The position numbers and the translations under genes are program-made. The notes beneath the pieces were generated by a model, which had not been told where the DNA came from, did not search any database, and saw nothing but the letters and a program-made list of their open reading frames with translations. DNA of 62,246 bases, counting the filler. It is 4 parts of 4 records of this genome, joined end to end, with 100 filler letters (N's around TTAATTAATTAA, not from the genome) between each part and the next. Parts side by side here need not be neighbours in the genome. Positions count along the whole stretch, not along the records: positions 12,324 to 38,367 come from SRR31147125_4545; positions 38,468 to 54,577 come from SRR31147125_4562; 2 more parts are not named here. The stretch is one strand, 5' to 3'. This document shows, piece by piece, positions 35,991 to 45,743 of this stretch. The stretch's first letter is position 1. The number at the start of each line of letters is the position of its first letter.

Positions 35991-37433
35991 TTACTTTACG
36001 GGTTCTATATCCACTTTTGACATTTTTTTGTGAAAAAAGCAAACATATAACAAAATGCCAAATCCGATCATCATAACAGAGACAATCGTTACATTATGAA
36101 ATTGTTTAGGTATAGTAAGAATGCCAATTTCTATCACCAGCCATAGGATTGCCAAAAGAAACACGGGTTTTGCAAATCTTCCCAAATTAAAATTGTCCTG
36201 TCTGAACGAGACTTTTTTGCGTGCGAGAGCATAGGATATTATAGTTATCAGATAAATTGTTGCCGGCAGCACGGCGGTTGCTCCTACGAGCAAAGTCAGT
36301 GAATCTGCAAAATAGGTAGATAAAATGCAAAGCACAAAAATAAGCATTGTTGCCTTGACAGGTGAATTTGTTTTGGGTGATATTTTCTTAAATACAGAAC
36401 TATAAAAAAACACATCATCCCGTGACATAGCATAAATAAGCCGACCGGCCGATGTGGTAATGACAAGACCACAGGCAAAAATAGAGATACAAACGAGGAT
36501 AAGAAATAATTTTCCAACAACAGGTCCCAGATTGGTTTCAATGATCATAGGGAGTGGATTGTTAGAACCCAAAATAGCCGTCAAATCCGGAATAGCATAT
36601 GTTGCCGCAATGAGAAAAAGCATTCCAAAGAGTCCACTAATGGCTAATGAAAATATAATAGCTTTCGGAACGGTTTTGTGAGCATTATGCGTCTCCTCAC
36701 TCAAATTAGCAGAGGCCTCAAAACCGACAAGTGTGAAGGATCCCATAAGCATTGTTAAAACAAATGGACCCATGTAAGAGTAACCACTGGATACGTTCCC
36801 TGTATTCATGAGAATTGATGGATCGGCGTTATTTTTAAAGGCGGCGATAAAAAGAAAAACAGTTAATCCGATCATACCAATTGTTTCGGTAAATACTGCA
36901 CCATCATTAAATAGAGCTGAAAGCTTAACCCCAATAATATTCATAGCCACCTGAATAGTAATGGTTGCCATGACAATAAGCATGATATTATTGGGTGTAA
37001 TTGGTATGGAAAGTAATTCTGCCAGGATGGGAGCCAATCCCCAATCCACTGCGGGGATGACCAGTATTAAAAAACAAAACGATATCCACCCGGTAAGCCA
37101 GCTCATAAATGGAGTAGATAACTGCTTAATCCATTGATAAGAATAGCCACTGACAGGGATGACTCCAGCCAATTCCGCAAAAATGAATGCAACAAAAAGC
37201 TGCCCGACTACCGTAATTGCCCAGGACCAGATACCAGCCGGACCACCGGTTTGTATTACAAATTGATAGTTGGTAAAAATACCGGTCGTTATGGAAATAA
37301 AGGAAAAAGCCACTGCAAAGGAACTGAATAATTTCAGGCTTCTTTTTAATTCCTGTTTTTAATTAAAAGAGGACAGTATCTCGGAATCATTTTTGAGTGA
37401 CGTGTTTGTTTTCAATCTGTTTTCCCTTGTCAT
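35991..37433 (-). pseudogene. APC-family amino acid permease with an in-frame TAA at 37359-37361 (pseudogene or base-call error)
   Basis: ATG 37433 reads ...SFN*KQELKRSLKLFSSFAVAFSFIS (family pattern GYxQELxRxL); GGPAG, FAELA and GFEASANLSEET. Confidence 0.75.
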
Positions 37434-37453
37434 AATCAAAATAAAAATACCTG

Positions 37454-38332
37454 TTATCGATTTGCCCAATTTCTGGATCTTTTAACAGCTTCATTCCAGT
37501 CGTACATTAACTTGTCTCTTTTATCCTGATCCATTTGTGGAGTATATTTCTTTCTGATTTTTACAAACTTTTTCAAATCTGCCTGATCCTTCCAAACACC
37601 ACAGGATAGTCCAGCCAGGAACGCTGCACCCAAAGCTGTTGTTTCTGTAACCTCAGGTACTTCTATCGGGATGCCAAGAATATCTGCTTGAAACTGCATT
37701 AAAAAATCGTTCTTTGTTATGCCTCCATCTACTCTCAGTGTGTGTATGGATTCATCCATAGATTCCAGAATGTTTTTTACCTGAAAGGCAATGGATTCCA
37801 GAGTAGCCCTCACAATATGTTCTCTTTTAGTGCTTGCTGTAATTCCAACAAGAGTACCACGTGCGAATTGATCCCAGTATGGAGCGGCAAGACCGGAGAA
37901 CGCAGGTACAAAATAAACATCCCTTGTATCTTCAACAGAGAGTGCCATCTTTTCAGTTTCTTTATAATCCTTTATAATGCCCAGGCCATCCCGTAGCCAT
38001 TGAATTGCAGCTCCGGCAATGTAGACGCCGCCATCTATTGCATAGATTGTCGTATCTTTGATTTGCCATGCAATCGTTGCCAATAATCCATTATCTACAT
38101 GTGCACGTTGTTCCCCTGTGTTCATTAATAGAAAACAACCAGTGCCGTAGGTGTTCTTTGCCATTCCTTTTTCAAAACAGGTGTGGCCAAAGAGGGCGCT
38201 TTGTTGATCTACAATGGATCCGGTAATGGGGAGTTCTAATCCAAGAAATTCTTTTTTGTTGGTTACACCAAAATGTCCGCTTGATGGCGCTACGGACGCA
38301 AGAATTGAAACCGGAATGTTAAATGTATCTAG
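37454..38332 (-). CDS. glpK: Glycerol kinase, 3' portion
   Basis: DQQSALFG, KNTYGTGCFLLMNTG, FVPAFSGLAAPYW, LRVDGG and ETTALGAA; homology stops at CTAG 38329-38332. Confidence 0.88.
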   Translation of the reverse strand, partial: LDTFNIPVSILASVAPSSGHFGVTNKKEFLGLELPITGSIVDQQSALFGHTCFEKGMAKNTYGTGCFLLMNTGEQRAHVDNGLLATIAWQIKDTTIYAIDGGVYIAGAAIQWLRDGLGIIKDYKETEKMALSVEDTRDVYFVPAFSGLAAPYWDQFARGTLVGITASTKREHIVRATLESIAFQVKNILESMDESIHTLRVDGGITKNDFLMQFQADILGIPIEVPEVTETTALGAAFLAGLSCGVWKDQADLKKFVKIRKKYTPQMDQDKRDKLMYDWNEAVKRSRNWANR

Positions 38333-38367
38333 TGTCCTGTCAAGTTGATAATGTTGGATAAAGTCGT
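38329..38367. mobile_element. Possible IS terminus interrupting glpK at the contig end
   Basis: GlpK similarity is lost abruptly at CTAG, followed by TGTCCTGTCAAGTTGATAATG...; the contig breaks here. Confidence 0.35.
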
Positions 38368-38467
38368 NNNNNNNNNNNNNNNNNNNNNNNNNNNNNNNNN
38401 NNNNNNNNNNNTTAATTAATTAANNNNNNNNNNNNNNNNNNNNNNNNNNNNNNNNNNNNNNNNNNNN
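38368..38467. other. Artificial contig linker
   Basis: N44-TTAATTAATTAA-N44. Confidence 0.98.
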
Positions 38468-39468
38468 CCCCGTGAATGGAAGGATGCTTGAGTTTAAAAT
38501 CAAAAAGGGTACTATGATACAAATTTTAGGGATGGTAAAAACCGAAATATTTTAGGATTTTATGAGATGGTGACGCGGGGATTTTTAAGACCCGTGTCGG
38601 TTTGAAGTGTAGAGGGCAAAATCAGGAAAAGAAAGGATAAGTTAGGAGATCTGAATTCACCAGACAAAGCCATAGGTTATTCCCAAAAATATCCCTAAAT
38701 TGTTTACTATTGACTTTCTTGTGTGCACACCATATGCACATCGTAGGAAAATGGATTTTTGGCCAAAAACCATTGTATTACTAAATCCTTCCCCTTTAAA
38801 TAGCATAGCTATAGCTCCAAGTTGCACCCTTAACTCTTCCTTTGGTTAGCCTGAAAGAATTTAAGGCTAAAATGTCTTTGCGAAGACATTTAAAGTTTTT
38901 TTGTGGACTGGACTATAACATTGGTGAATAGTACTTATTATGCATGCGTACTATAAAATTATTTATTGACACAACAAAATTTTACAATCATTATTTCCGT
39001 AGATCCATTTCTACTAATAGCTCCAGCTCCAAATTCAACTATCTATTTCGTTCTTCGTTCCTTGTTTCATGTTCATATATGCTATGGATTCATTTCTTCA
39101 CAACGGATTATTTGATCTAATTCGGCTATATTTTTTGTCGCTTCTTTTTATCTTCATTGTCATTTTTGCGTCTTCAACAAAAGCTTTTTTCATATCAAGT
39201 CTTCGACTTCCAAGGCAGAGACACAACCACAGCAAAAAAAGTGTGGAGTCGATGCACCAGTTAAATCCAAAACTACGAGGAAGGGTAATCATTAAACAAA
39301 AGCTGTCTATTAGACTTTTTTGTTCTTTCAATTAAGTAGAACAGGCCATATAGAAAACATCAGTTGAAACATATTGTCTAAATCATGCATATGTTTTCAT
39401 CCGTAAAAGCCAATCTGAAATAAATTTTGGCATAAATCATTATAATTTTTTCAAAAGGGTGAAAAGAC

Positions 39469-40103
39469 ATGAGCTTTAATTACTTTCGAGAGTTAGAGAG
39501 GTTATTGATCGTATGCTTTGGTGGCGTTTCGTTAGTATTAGGATGGGATTTATTCAAAAAAGGTGTCTTAGATCCAAGTCAGGCTTATTTTGAAAAAGGC
39601 GAATGGAAAGTTTCACTAAAAAAAGTCGGACCTGGTGTTTTTTTCGCCTTATTTGGTGCTGCTATTTTGATATTCGGGATTGTTACAGAGGCTAAATATA
39701 CAAAAACGACTAAAGAGACACAGCCAAATACAGGAAAAAAATTGAGACAATTGAGAAATGGGAACGTTATGCAAAAGGCGATAGTCGAAGAAAAAATATT
39801 GAGGCAGTTATTCAAGCAATAAATTCAATTATCTACAATGATAAAATAGTGGAAATGATAAAACTAAATTCAGGAAAAGTTGAAAAAGATTTAAAAATTG
39901 AATCAGTAGGAAAAGCGATGGTGATACTTACTCAATATAGAGATAACTATCTCACTACTAAAATTTATAGTAATGAAGTTATAAACGCATATTTAGCGTC
40001 AGATGGAGATTCATCAAAAATAAAAAACGATGAACTAAAAAAGTATGCAATTGAATATGATAAAATTCGAAAGACAGATTTATTAAATAAATATCATAAA
40101 TAG
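39469..40103 (+). CDS. Hypothetical membrane protein (2 N-terminal TM), frameshifted at the A7 run 39735-39741
   Basis: One added A gives an uninterrupted frame GKKIETIEKWERYAKG...VEMIKL that joins ORFs 39469 and 39849. Confidence 0.65.
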
Positions 40104-40117
40104 AAAGGAAGACAAAT

Positions 40118-41209
40118 ATGATTTTTTTTAATAGCAAACTTACTATAATTATTTTGTCAATATTGTTATTATTGCCAGCTAAACCCATATCTGCTCAAGA
40201 CAAAAAACAAGAGATGGAAATGATGTTAGCAAGATCTTGGGAAATAATAGCGCAATCTTTTTCAGAAAATGAAAGAAATGCGTTAAATAATATTTCATTA
40301 TCAGTAAGTCCTTCACCAAATTTTACAATTGCAAGGACCAGTTTGGAAAACAAACAAATCGAAATCAGCTATGGTTTTGGAATGATGGTCTGGGCAATGA
40401 GTGTATCATCTGTTATTTCCTATGATCTTAAAAAGCCTAATGCTATGGAAAAACACGCAGAATATATGGCCAATTGGGCAGGAATCACAAAAGACTTAAA
40501 ATTACCGTGGGAAACAGCTCAGTTAAATCAATCAGAAATTAGATTATTGGAGTCAAAATCATTACAGCAAAAGATCGGTTCGACCATGACTGGAGTTTTC
40601 TCATTTGTCCTTCTTCACGAATGCGGACATCATGTGGTTTATTACCGAAAAGGAGATGAATATCCAAAAAATCCAAGTAATAGAGAGTTGCGGAAAATCG
40701 AAAGAATGGCAGATCTGTGGGCTTCAATGAGGATGGTCAAAGTTGGGCTTGCCCCTCTATATGCGATTTTGCCTAACCTCTATTTTCACTACAGAGACGA
40801 ATACGCTATTCTTAAATTAGAGAAAAGATCTCATCCACCTGAACTGATACGGATATATGATATTTTTAGTTACTCATTGGGCTTTTTAGATGATTATTAT
40901 GACCCTGACCTGTCCTATTCAGGTGTATCAATTGATGCGGCTCAAAGAGCATTGAAAAAAGCCATTGTCTATACTCAAGAAAAAATCGCAAATAGTCTAT
41001 ATTATGATAGACCAGAAGTTTATGGTGATGTAGAAGATATTTCTGATGGTATAATGAGAAAATGTATGTCAGCCGCTTATGATGGTTGCATGCAGTCCTG
41101 CATAAATAAATACGGGCATTCATTTGAAAAATGCCGAGATAATATGTGCTCTTCAAAGAGACAAAAAAGAATATCGTGGTTCAGGTGTGAAGAAAGTATG
41201 AGATATTGA
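40118..41209 (+). CDS. Secreted HExxH zinc metallopeptidase-like protein (M48/ImmA-like) with a Cys-rich C-terminus
   Basis: Signal peptide; FVLLHECGHH, ERMAD and SHP..L.R; SD GAAAGGA. Confidence 0.7.
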   Translation: MIFFNSKLTIIILSILLLLPAKPISAQDKKQEMEMMLARSWEIIAQSFSENERNALNNISLSVSPSPNFTIARTSLENKQIEISYGFGMMVWAMSVSSVISYDLKKPNAMEKHAEYMANWAGITKDLKLPWETAQLNQSEIRLLESKSLQQKIGSTMTGVFSFVLLHECGHHVVYYRKGDEYPKNPSNRELRKIERMADLWASMRMVKVGLAPLYAILPNLYFHYRDEYAILKLEKRSHPPELIRIYDIFSYSLGFLDDYYDPDLSYSGVSIDAAQRALKKAIVYTQEKIANSLYYDRPEVYGDVEDISDGIMRKCMSAAYDGCMQSCINKYGHSFEKCRDNMCSSKRQKRISWFRCEESMRY

Positions 41210-41255
41210 AAATAAAAACAGCATCGAGGGCATTCGTAGTTTGTTATTTCTGGTT

Positions 41256-41651
41256 TCATTCTGCCAATTGAGCGATCTGCACTGCCACTGGTAGCGCGTC
41301 TATTGTCCTTTTATTTTTTAGATTCAGCATGATGAATTTATTACCTTCGCAAGCCGATCGGTTACTTGAATTCAAAGTCACGTAATAGGTTTTCCCGCCC
41401 GATGGAATAAAAACATTAAACTCATCAACTCCTTTCTGAATCAGACACCTTTCCGGCTCTACGAACTGCATTGTTAGATTCTTGTCCCATAAATGATTTT
41501 CGACCTCGAAAAACACTTTGTATTCCTGACCAGGATGGATATGATCCGGCCTTACTTCAACCTCACTTATGTTTGGGCGCAAAAAAGAATATGCGGTTGC
41601 GGAGCCAAAGAAAGCAATCAATACGATTACAATAAAGATCCAATTTTTCAT
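41256..41651 (-). CDS. Small membrane-anchored/secreted beta-rich protein
   Basis: N-terminal hydrophobic helix; ATGA coupling to both neighbours. Confidence 0.7.
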   Translation of the reverse strand: MKNWIFIVIVLIAFFGSATAYSFLRPNISEVEVRPDHIHPGQEYKVFFEVENHLWDKNLTMQFVEPERCLIQKGVDEFNVFIPSGGKTYYVTLNSSNRSACEGNKFIMLNLKNKRTIDALPVAVQIAQLAE

Positions 41652-41935
41652 TTTTCAAAAAGGATAATTGTATTCTCATTCTTATATCCACCAATGTAGT
41701 CTCCTATCTCAACTTCTTCTCCTTGATAATAGAATCTTACTTTATGGTCTTGTGGACACATTTTCAGTTTTTCGACCAATTCAGCGACCGTTTCTATTGT
41801 AAGTTTTATGTTACAGTTAGGACACTTGCCACTTGGCTTTTTGTTAAATAGTACCTGTAGGTGGACCCCATCGACTGGACAGCCTGACGGGTCGGATAAG
41901 CTACAAGCCGAAAGCTTTTGAAAAGAGAAAAGGCA

Positions 41936-42769
41936 TCAGGCAGCCTCGGCAAACGGATGAGGCAGACCGTAATAAACCTCATCCGGGGTTCTGTCGTCAA
42001 GGGCCGAGTGACCCCGTTCGTAATTGTAATAACCAATCCATTGGCCCAGGCCCTGGCGCAACGCCTTGCCGGTATTGAATGCATGCAAGTAGATATACTG
42101 GTGCTTGAGGGTCCACCAGAGTCGTTCAACCAAGATGTTGTCCTGGCAGCGACCCCGACCGTCCATGCTGATAGCCACGTGATTGTCATTCAGCACCTGG
42201 GTAAAAGCGTTGCTGGTAAACTGAGCCCCCTGGTCGGTATTGAAGATTTCAGGTGCGCCATAATGGCTTAGGGCTTCTTGGAGGGCTTCGACACAAAAGG
42301 CGGTATCCAAGGTATTGGAGATCCGCCAGGATAGAATCTTACGGCTGTGCCAGTCCATAATCGCCACCAGGTACATGTACCCGTGGGCCATGGGGATGAA
42401 GGTTATATCGGTGGCCCATACCTGATTGGTGCGATTGATGGTCAGTCCCCTGAGCAGATACGGATAAACTGTGTGCTGCGGATGGGGACGGCTGGTTCGT
42501 GGCTTGGGATACACCGCTTCGATGCCCATGATGCGCATCAATCGCTGAACCCGTTTGCGATTGGCCAGTATACCCTGACGACCCAACTGTCGGCTGATCG
42601 TACGACTACCCGAGGATGGATTGTCAAGATACAGCTCGTCGATCTTGCGCATCAGTTCCAGTTCTTCCAGATTGATGGGCTTGACTTGGTAGTAGTAGGA
42701 TGATCTGCTAATATCAACCATCTCACATTGTCGGGAAATGCTCAGCTGCTGCTCTGAAGGATCGATCAT
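41936..42769 (-). CDS. IS3 transposase OrfB (DDE integrase core)
   Basis: WATDITFI, FNTDQGAQF, DNILVERLWWTLK and YYNYERGHSAL; -1 frame relative to OrfA, with slippery T TTT TTA at 42817-42811. Confidence 0.95.
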   Translation of the reverse strand: MIDPSEQQLSISRQCEMVDISRSSYYYQVKPINLEELELMRKIDELYLDNPSSGSRTISRQLGRQGILANRKRVQRLMRIMGIEAVYPKPRTSRPHPQHTVYPYLLRGLTINRTNQVWATDITFIPMAHGYMYLVAIMDWHSRKILSWRISNTLDTAFCVEALQEALSHYGAPEIFNTDQGAQFTSNAFTQVLNDNHVAISMDGRGRCQDNILVERLWWTLKHQYIYLHAFNTGKALRQGLGQWIGYYNYERGHSALDDRTPDEVYYGLPHPFAEAA

Positions 42770-42789
42770 TGATTTACGCTTCTTCCTGT

Positions 42790-43071
42790 TTAGCTGCTGA
42801 GCTTGCGTGCTAAAAAATCGTTTTCCACCTTGAGTTGACCGATCTGGCGGTAAAGCTCATCAGTCTTGGCTTCGGCCTGTTTTCTTGATTTGTGGCTCTT
42901 GTCGAAGATGTCGGCAGCGCCATCGAGCATCTGCCGCTTCCAGGTGGAAACCATTGTGGGGTGGACACCGAATCGACTGGCCAATTGGGCAGCGGTTTCA
43001 TCGTTTTGAATGGCTGCCAGTGCAACCTTTGCTTTGAACTGTGGACTGTGTGTTTTGCGTTTGTTACCCAT
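42790..43071 (-). CDS. IS3 transposase OrfA (HTH)
   Basis: RKTHSPQFKAKVALAA...LYRQIGQLKVENDFL; bacterial SD AGGAGG. Confidence 0.95.
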   Translation of the reverse strand: MGNKRKTHSPQFKAKVALAAIQNDETAAQLASRFGVHPTMVSTWKRQMLDGAADIFDKSHKSRKQAEAKTDELYRQIGQLKVENDFLARKLSS

Positions 43072-43288
43072 CGTCAGATCCTCCTACGTTTCATGGTCTG
43101 ACTCATAGCTTAGCACATTGTCCAGTTTTTGGGGTCCACCGCCCCTTGCAGTTTTCACACTGGTAAGATAACTCTTCCATACCACCACAGCATTCAATTG
43201 CCGCTGCCTTATCTTCATAGACACATCCACAGTGTCCACATTGCCAAACTTCTTTGTTTCCGATTTTTATCACCTTTATCCATCTAAA

Positions 43289-43681
43289 CTATTCTTCTTT
43301 AATTTTTGTGAGTAATATCCTCATAAATTCTGATTCAATCTTATTGAGTAATTCATCTGATACTGGCTTAAGTTCTTGTTCTGAGATTGTGTCATCCCAC
43401 ATAGACTCAAATGTCTCTTCCACCTTTCTTTTCAGTGAATCTTCAAAATCCTGTAATCCTATTATAATAGAATCTCTATTTTTTCCCATCCAGTACGCAA
43501 GTTTCTTTTTAGGAACATCTTCATAGTCCACAAAAGAATCTCTATCTTTCTTTTTCAAAACATGAATCTGAATGTTTTGGCCTCCACAATCTGGACAATC
43601 ATCAAATCGTTCCATGATTAATTCAGTATTCTTATCTATTCTGTAAAATTCGTTTTCTGAACCACAACCACATACTGCCAT
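43289..43681 (-). CDS. Hypothetical Zn-ribbon protein
   Basis: CGCG...CPDCG; SD GGAGGT. Confidence 0.7.
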   Translation of the reverse strand: MAVCGCGSENEFYRIDKNTELIMERFDDCPDCGGQNIQIHVLKKKDRDSFVDYEDVPKKKLAYWMGKNRDSIIIGLQDFEDSLKRKVEETFESMWDDTISEQELKPVSDELLNKIESEFMRILLTKIKEE

Positions 43682-43683
43682 CT

Positions 43684-43923
43684 TTATTTACCTCCATTAT
43701 TCATAATCTCAAATATTCTCTTTTCCATCGCAACTAACCGTAGGTGGATATCTAATAAGGCCATCATAATAACTCTATTTTCTTTTGAATTCTGATATGA
43801 ATCTATTCGAGGATTCTCAGTGTCAACAAAGTATGAGGGCAGTACGTTTTCCCATAACCCTCCTTTGATATGGTCAAATGTGTCCAGACATTCTTTTAGA
43901 TGCTTTTCTGGGTCTATTTTCAA
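43684..43923 (-). CDS. Hypothetical protein (start TTG 43923 or ATA 43917)
   Basis: Follows GAGGTGA; coupled to its neighbours. Confidence 0.65.
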   Translation of the reverse strand: MKIDPEKHLKECLDTFDHIKGGLWENVLPSYFVDTENPRIDSYQNSKENRVIMMALLDIHLRLVAMEKRIFEIMNNGGK

Positions 43924-44046
43924 TCACCTCGATATTGTGAAGGAAAATTGTGGGGGATTTGTCACTGAAGGAATTTTACCTGCCCGACTGCAAACATTGT
44001 GCACTTTCACAATCGAGTCGTCTTTACAGTTTTTGTCCCTTTCCAC
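43924..44046 (-). CDS. Small hypothetical protein (40 aa, not in the ORF track)
   Basis: GAGGAG SD and GTG start; its stop lies within the next SD. Confidence 0.35.
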   Translation of the reverse strand: MERDKNCKDDSIVKVHNVCSRAGKIPSVTNPPQFSFTISR

Positions 44047-44053
44047 TTTCTCC

Positions 44054-44287
44054 TCATTGGTTTTCAAAAAGCTTTCTCAATTCATCTTTCTTGCCAGTCC
44101 GGGAAAGATAGGCTGATTTCCTGATTTCCCATCCAGACATTGTGCCTTTTATATTTGCAAAGTATTTCGTTTTACCAGTATGCCAATTGCTTGCCTCTTC
44201 AAACTCTATTAGTCCTTGATCTGCAAATTCAGCAAGGGTTCCAACTGATCCATCTGGCATTCTGACCAAATCTGACATTTTATACAT
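44054..44287 (-). CDS. Phage-like hypothetical protein
   Basis: GGAGGT SD preceded by a hairpin. Confidence 0.7.
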   Translation of the reverse strand: MYKMSDLVRMPDGSVGTLAEFADQGLIEFEEASNWHTGKTKYFANIKGTMSGWEIRKSAYLSRTGKKDELRKLFENQ

Positions 44288-44356
44288 TTTTTATTACCTC
44301 CGGGGCGTGCCCCATTAGTTTGGCACGCCTCGGAGTCTCTGATTGATCGTTTTGTT

Positions 44357-44500
44357 TTAAGATTCCCATGCCAGCAAAAACATCCCCGTACCCGATAGTA
44401 TGAGGAATAATTGAATTAAAAAATTGGAATGTACAGTTCCAAATACGTGAAACATTCCAGCTATAAAAGCCAAGATTGCCCTTTTGTGTCTTTGCCACAT
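44357..44500 (-). CDS. Small 2-TM membrane protein (47 aa, not in the ORF track)
   Basis: GAGG SD; MWQRHKRAILAFIAGMFHVFG...LFLILSGTGMFLLAWES. Confidence 0.6.
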   Translation of the reverse strand: MWQRHKRAILAFIAGMFHVFGTVHSNFLIQLFLILSGTGMFLLAWES

Positions 44501-44530
44501 TTTTATCCTCAAATCACTTTTTTACAATAT

Positions 44531-44791
44531 TTACGACGTCCCGCCCTTAATTTCATCAAATAAGTAAGCTGCACCAAAAGTCGCCATCATTGTAAGATAA
44601 AAAAATGACATGACGAACATGAATGACAGATCTGAATGCTTGTCAATGCAACTTTCCATTTGGAATTTTATAACAAAAAACCATGAGCCGATCAACATCG
44701 ATAGTAACAAGGCAAAAACTATTGATGCCCAGAGAGTGTTCTTCTTTACTTTGTAATATTCAGATGTCTTTTTCTTTGCGATCTCTATCAC
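44531..44791 (-). CDS. Small 2-TM membrane protein (start GTG 44791 or ATC 44782)
   Basis: Two hydrophobic helices. Confidence 0.7.
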   Translation of the reverse strand: MIEIAKKKTSEYYKVKKNTLWASIVFALLLSMLIGSWFFVIKFQMESCIDKHSDLSFMFVMSFFYLTMMATFGAAYLFDEIKGGTS

Positions 44792-44922
44792 CGCTTATCC
44801 AGCTCTCTATAAGCAAGCTTCTGGAGCTTTTCTTTTAGTGCTTTCTTTTTCACTTTTGACAACTTTTCCCACTCTTTCCAATGTGGCTTGTCCAGGTATG
44901 TCATTAAATATTGGACTGGCAT
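44788..44922 (-). CDS. Small basic protein (44 aa, possibly RHH-like; not in the ORF track)
   Basis: GAGGTG SD; MPVQYLMTYLDKPHWKEWEKLSK...; stop lies in the next SD. Confidence 0.55.
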   Translation of the reverse strand: MPVQYLMTYLDKPHWKEWEKLSKVKKKALKEKLQKLAYRELDKR

Positions 44923-45081
44923 AATTACACCTCGCTGCCGACACTCTAAAAACTCGTTATCGGCTCTTCCCTTCTCATCTTCTTCAGTAGTTTTTTCTTT
45001 GTTAACACTTCAATTTCCAATGATAACAGATGCGCTTTTTCGAGAAGTGATGTTTTTTTCCATCTTAACTTCTCAATCTGT

Positions 45082-45408
45082 TCATCTATATCCATCTTTA
45101 CCCGCCATGCATTCTTCACAAAAATCCACCGCCTTCATCGCTGTTCTGGATTTAGGCAGGCTGGTGGTATTGACGATTGTGTTGTGTGTTTGGCACACAA
45201 CGGCATACTTACCTTCTTTATCATCGATTCCAGCTTCTTTGGCATTGTAGATGACAACCCATCCCTTATTCATTCCGCTCCGAAGGGATGCGATGTATCC
45301 AGCGTCTTGGTTGTATGGTTTGCGCCTGGAAATGATTTTTTTCCTGCAATGGCTACAATAGCTATTTTCTGCGAACTCTTCGCAAGTAGGACATAAAACG
45401 GTTTTCAT
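45082..45408 (-). CDS. Phage-like Cys-rich (Zn-binding) hypothetical protein
   Basis: CPTC, CSHC, CQTH and CEEC; SD GGAGGTGA. Confidence 0.75.
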   Translation of the reverse strand: MKTVLCPTCEEFAENSYCSHCRKKIISRRKPYNQDAGYIASLRSGMNKGWVVIYNAKEAGIDDKEGKYAVVCQTHNTIVNTTSLPKSRTAMKAVDFCEECMAGKDGYR

Positions 45409-45601
45409 TTCGTCTTCACCTCCATATATCCGTTGCAGAGCCAGCGGTTATAGGTGTCGTCATCGACTTTCTCACGCATCTTCGTATATCCTTTTTTACA
45501 GAAGTATTCGGTGGTAGCCATCTGGTCCCAGTATTCAGTGACGATCACGCACTCACCGTGGCCCTTAAAGATTCGTCTTGAGCTAATTTTTTTGACAACA
45601 T
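45405..45601 (-). CDS. Hypothetical protein, first gene after the leftward promoter, frameshifted at 45587-45593
   Basis: GAGGTG SD + ATG; one added A gives MLSKKISSRRIFKGHGECVIVTEYW...EVKTK* with ATGA coupling to 45408. Confidence 0.55.
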
Positions 45602-45676
45602 TTAATTGACACCTCTGAGGGCGGACCCTTCACTTGATTAGGGTTCGCCTATGGTATGATGTAGTGCAGTGTTACT

Positions 45677-45694
45677 TATATTTAAAGATTTCGT
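45677..45694 (-). promoter_or_regulatory. Archaeal-type BRE-TATA promoter (leftward)
   Basis: ACGAAA-tc-TTTAAATA upstream of the leftward operon; overlapping IR CGTGTT-N5-AACACG (45692-45708). Confidence 0.6.
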
Positions 45695-45743
45695 GTTTTC
45701 AGAACACGGGTAAAGAGAGAAAAGGAGGGGGCGGATTTTAATC

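Larger units (their letters stand above)
41857..43143 (-). mobile_element. Complete IS3-family insertion sequence (1287 bp) with a 3-bp target duplication CCT
   Basis: Inverted repeats GTAGGTGGACCCCATCGACTGGACA / GGCGGTGGACCCCAAAAACTGGACA; CCT at 41854-41856 and 43144-43146; orfA/orfB layout. Confidence 0.92.
41648..43273 (-). pseudogene. Multi-CxxC zinc-finger gene interrupted by IS3
   Basis: Removing the IS and one CCT gives one frame: GNKEVWQCGHCG...YQCENCK|VLFNKKPSGKCPNCN...IILFEK*; its stop overlaps ATG 41651. Confidence 0.8.

Noticed and set aside
37359-37361. Stop-codon reassignment (TAA as Tyr)
   Set aside because: Many genes in the same contig end normally at TAA; this is a single instance
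39069-39335. Overlapping 88-aa (+) and 77-aa (-) ORFs
   Set aside because: No clear SD or motifs in an AT-rich intergenic region
44280-44498. ORF-track 72-aa protein MAKTQKG...
   Set aside because: The alternative frame 44500-44357 has an ATG with an SD and a coherent 2-TM product; this frame runs through the hairpin
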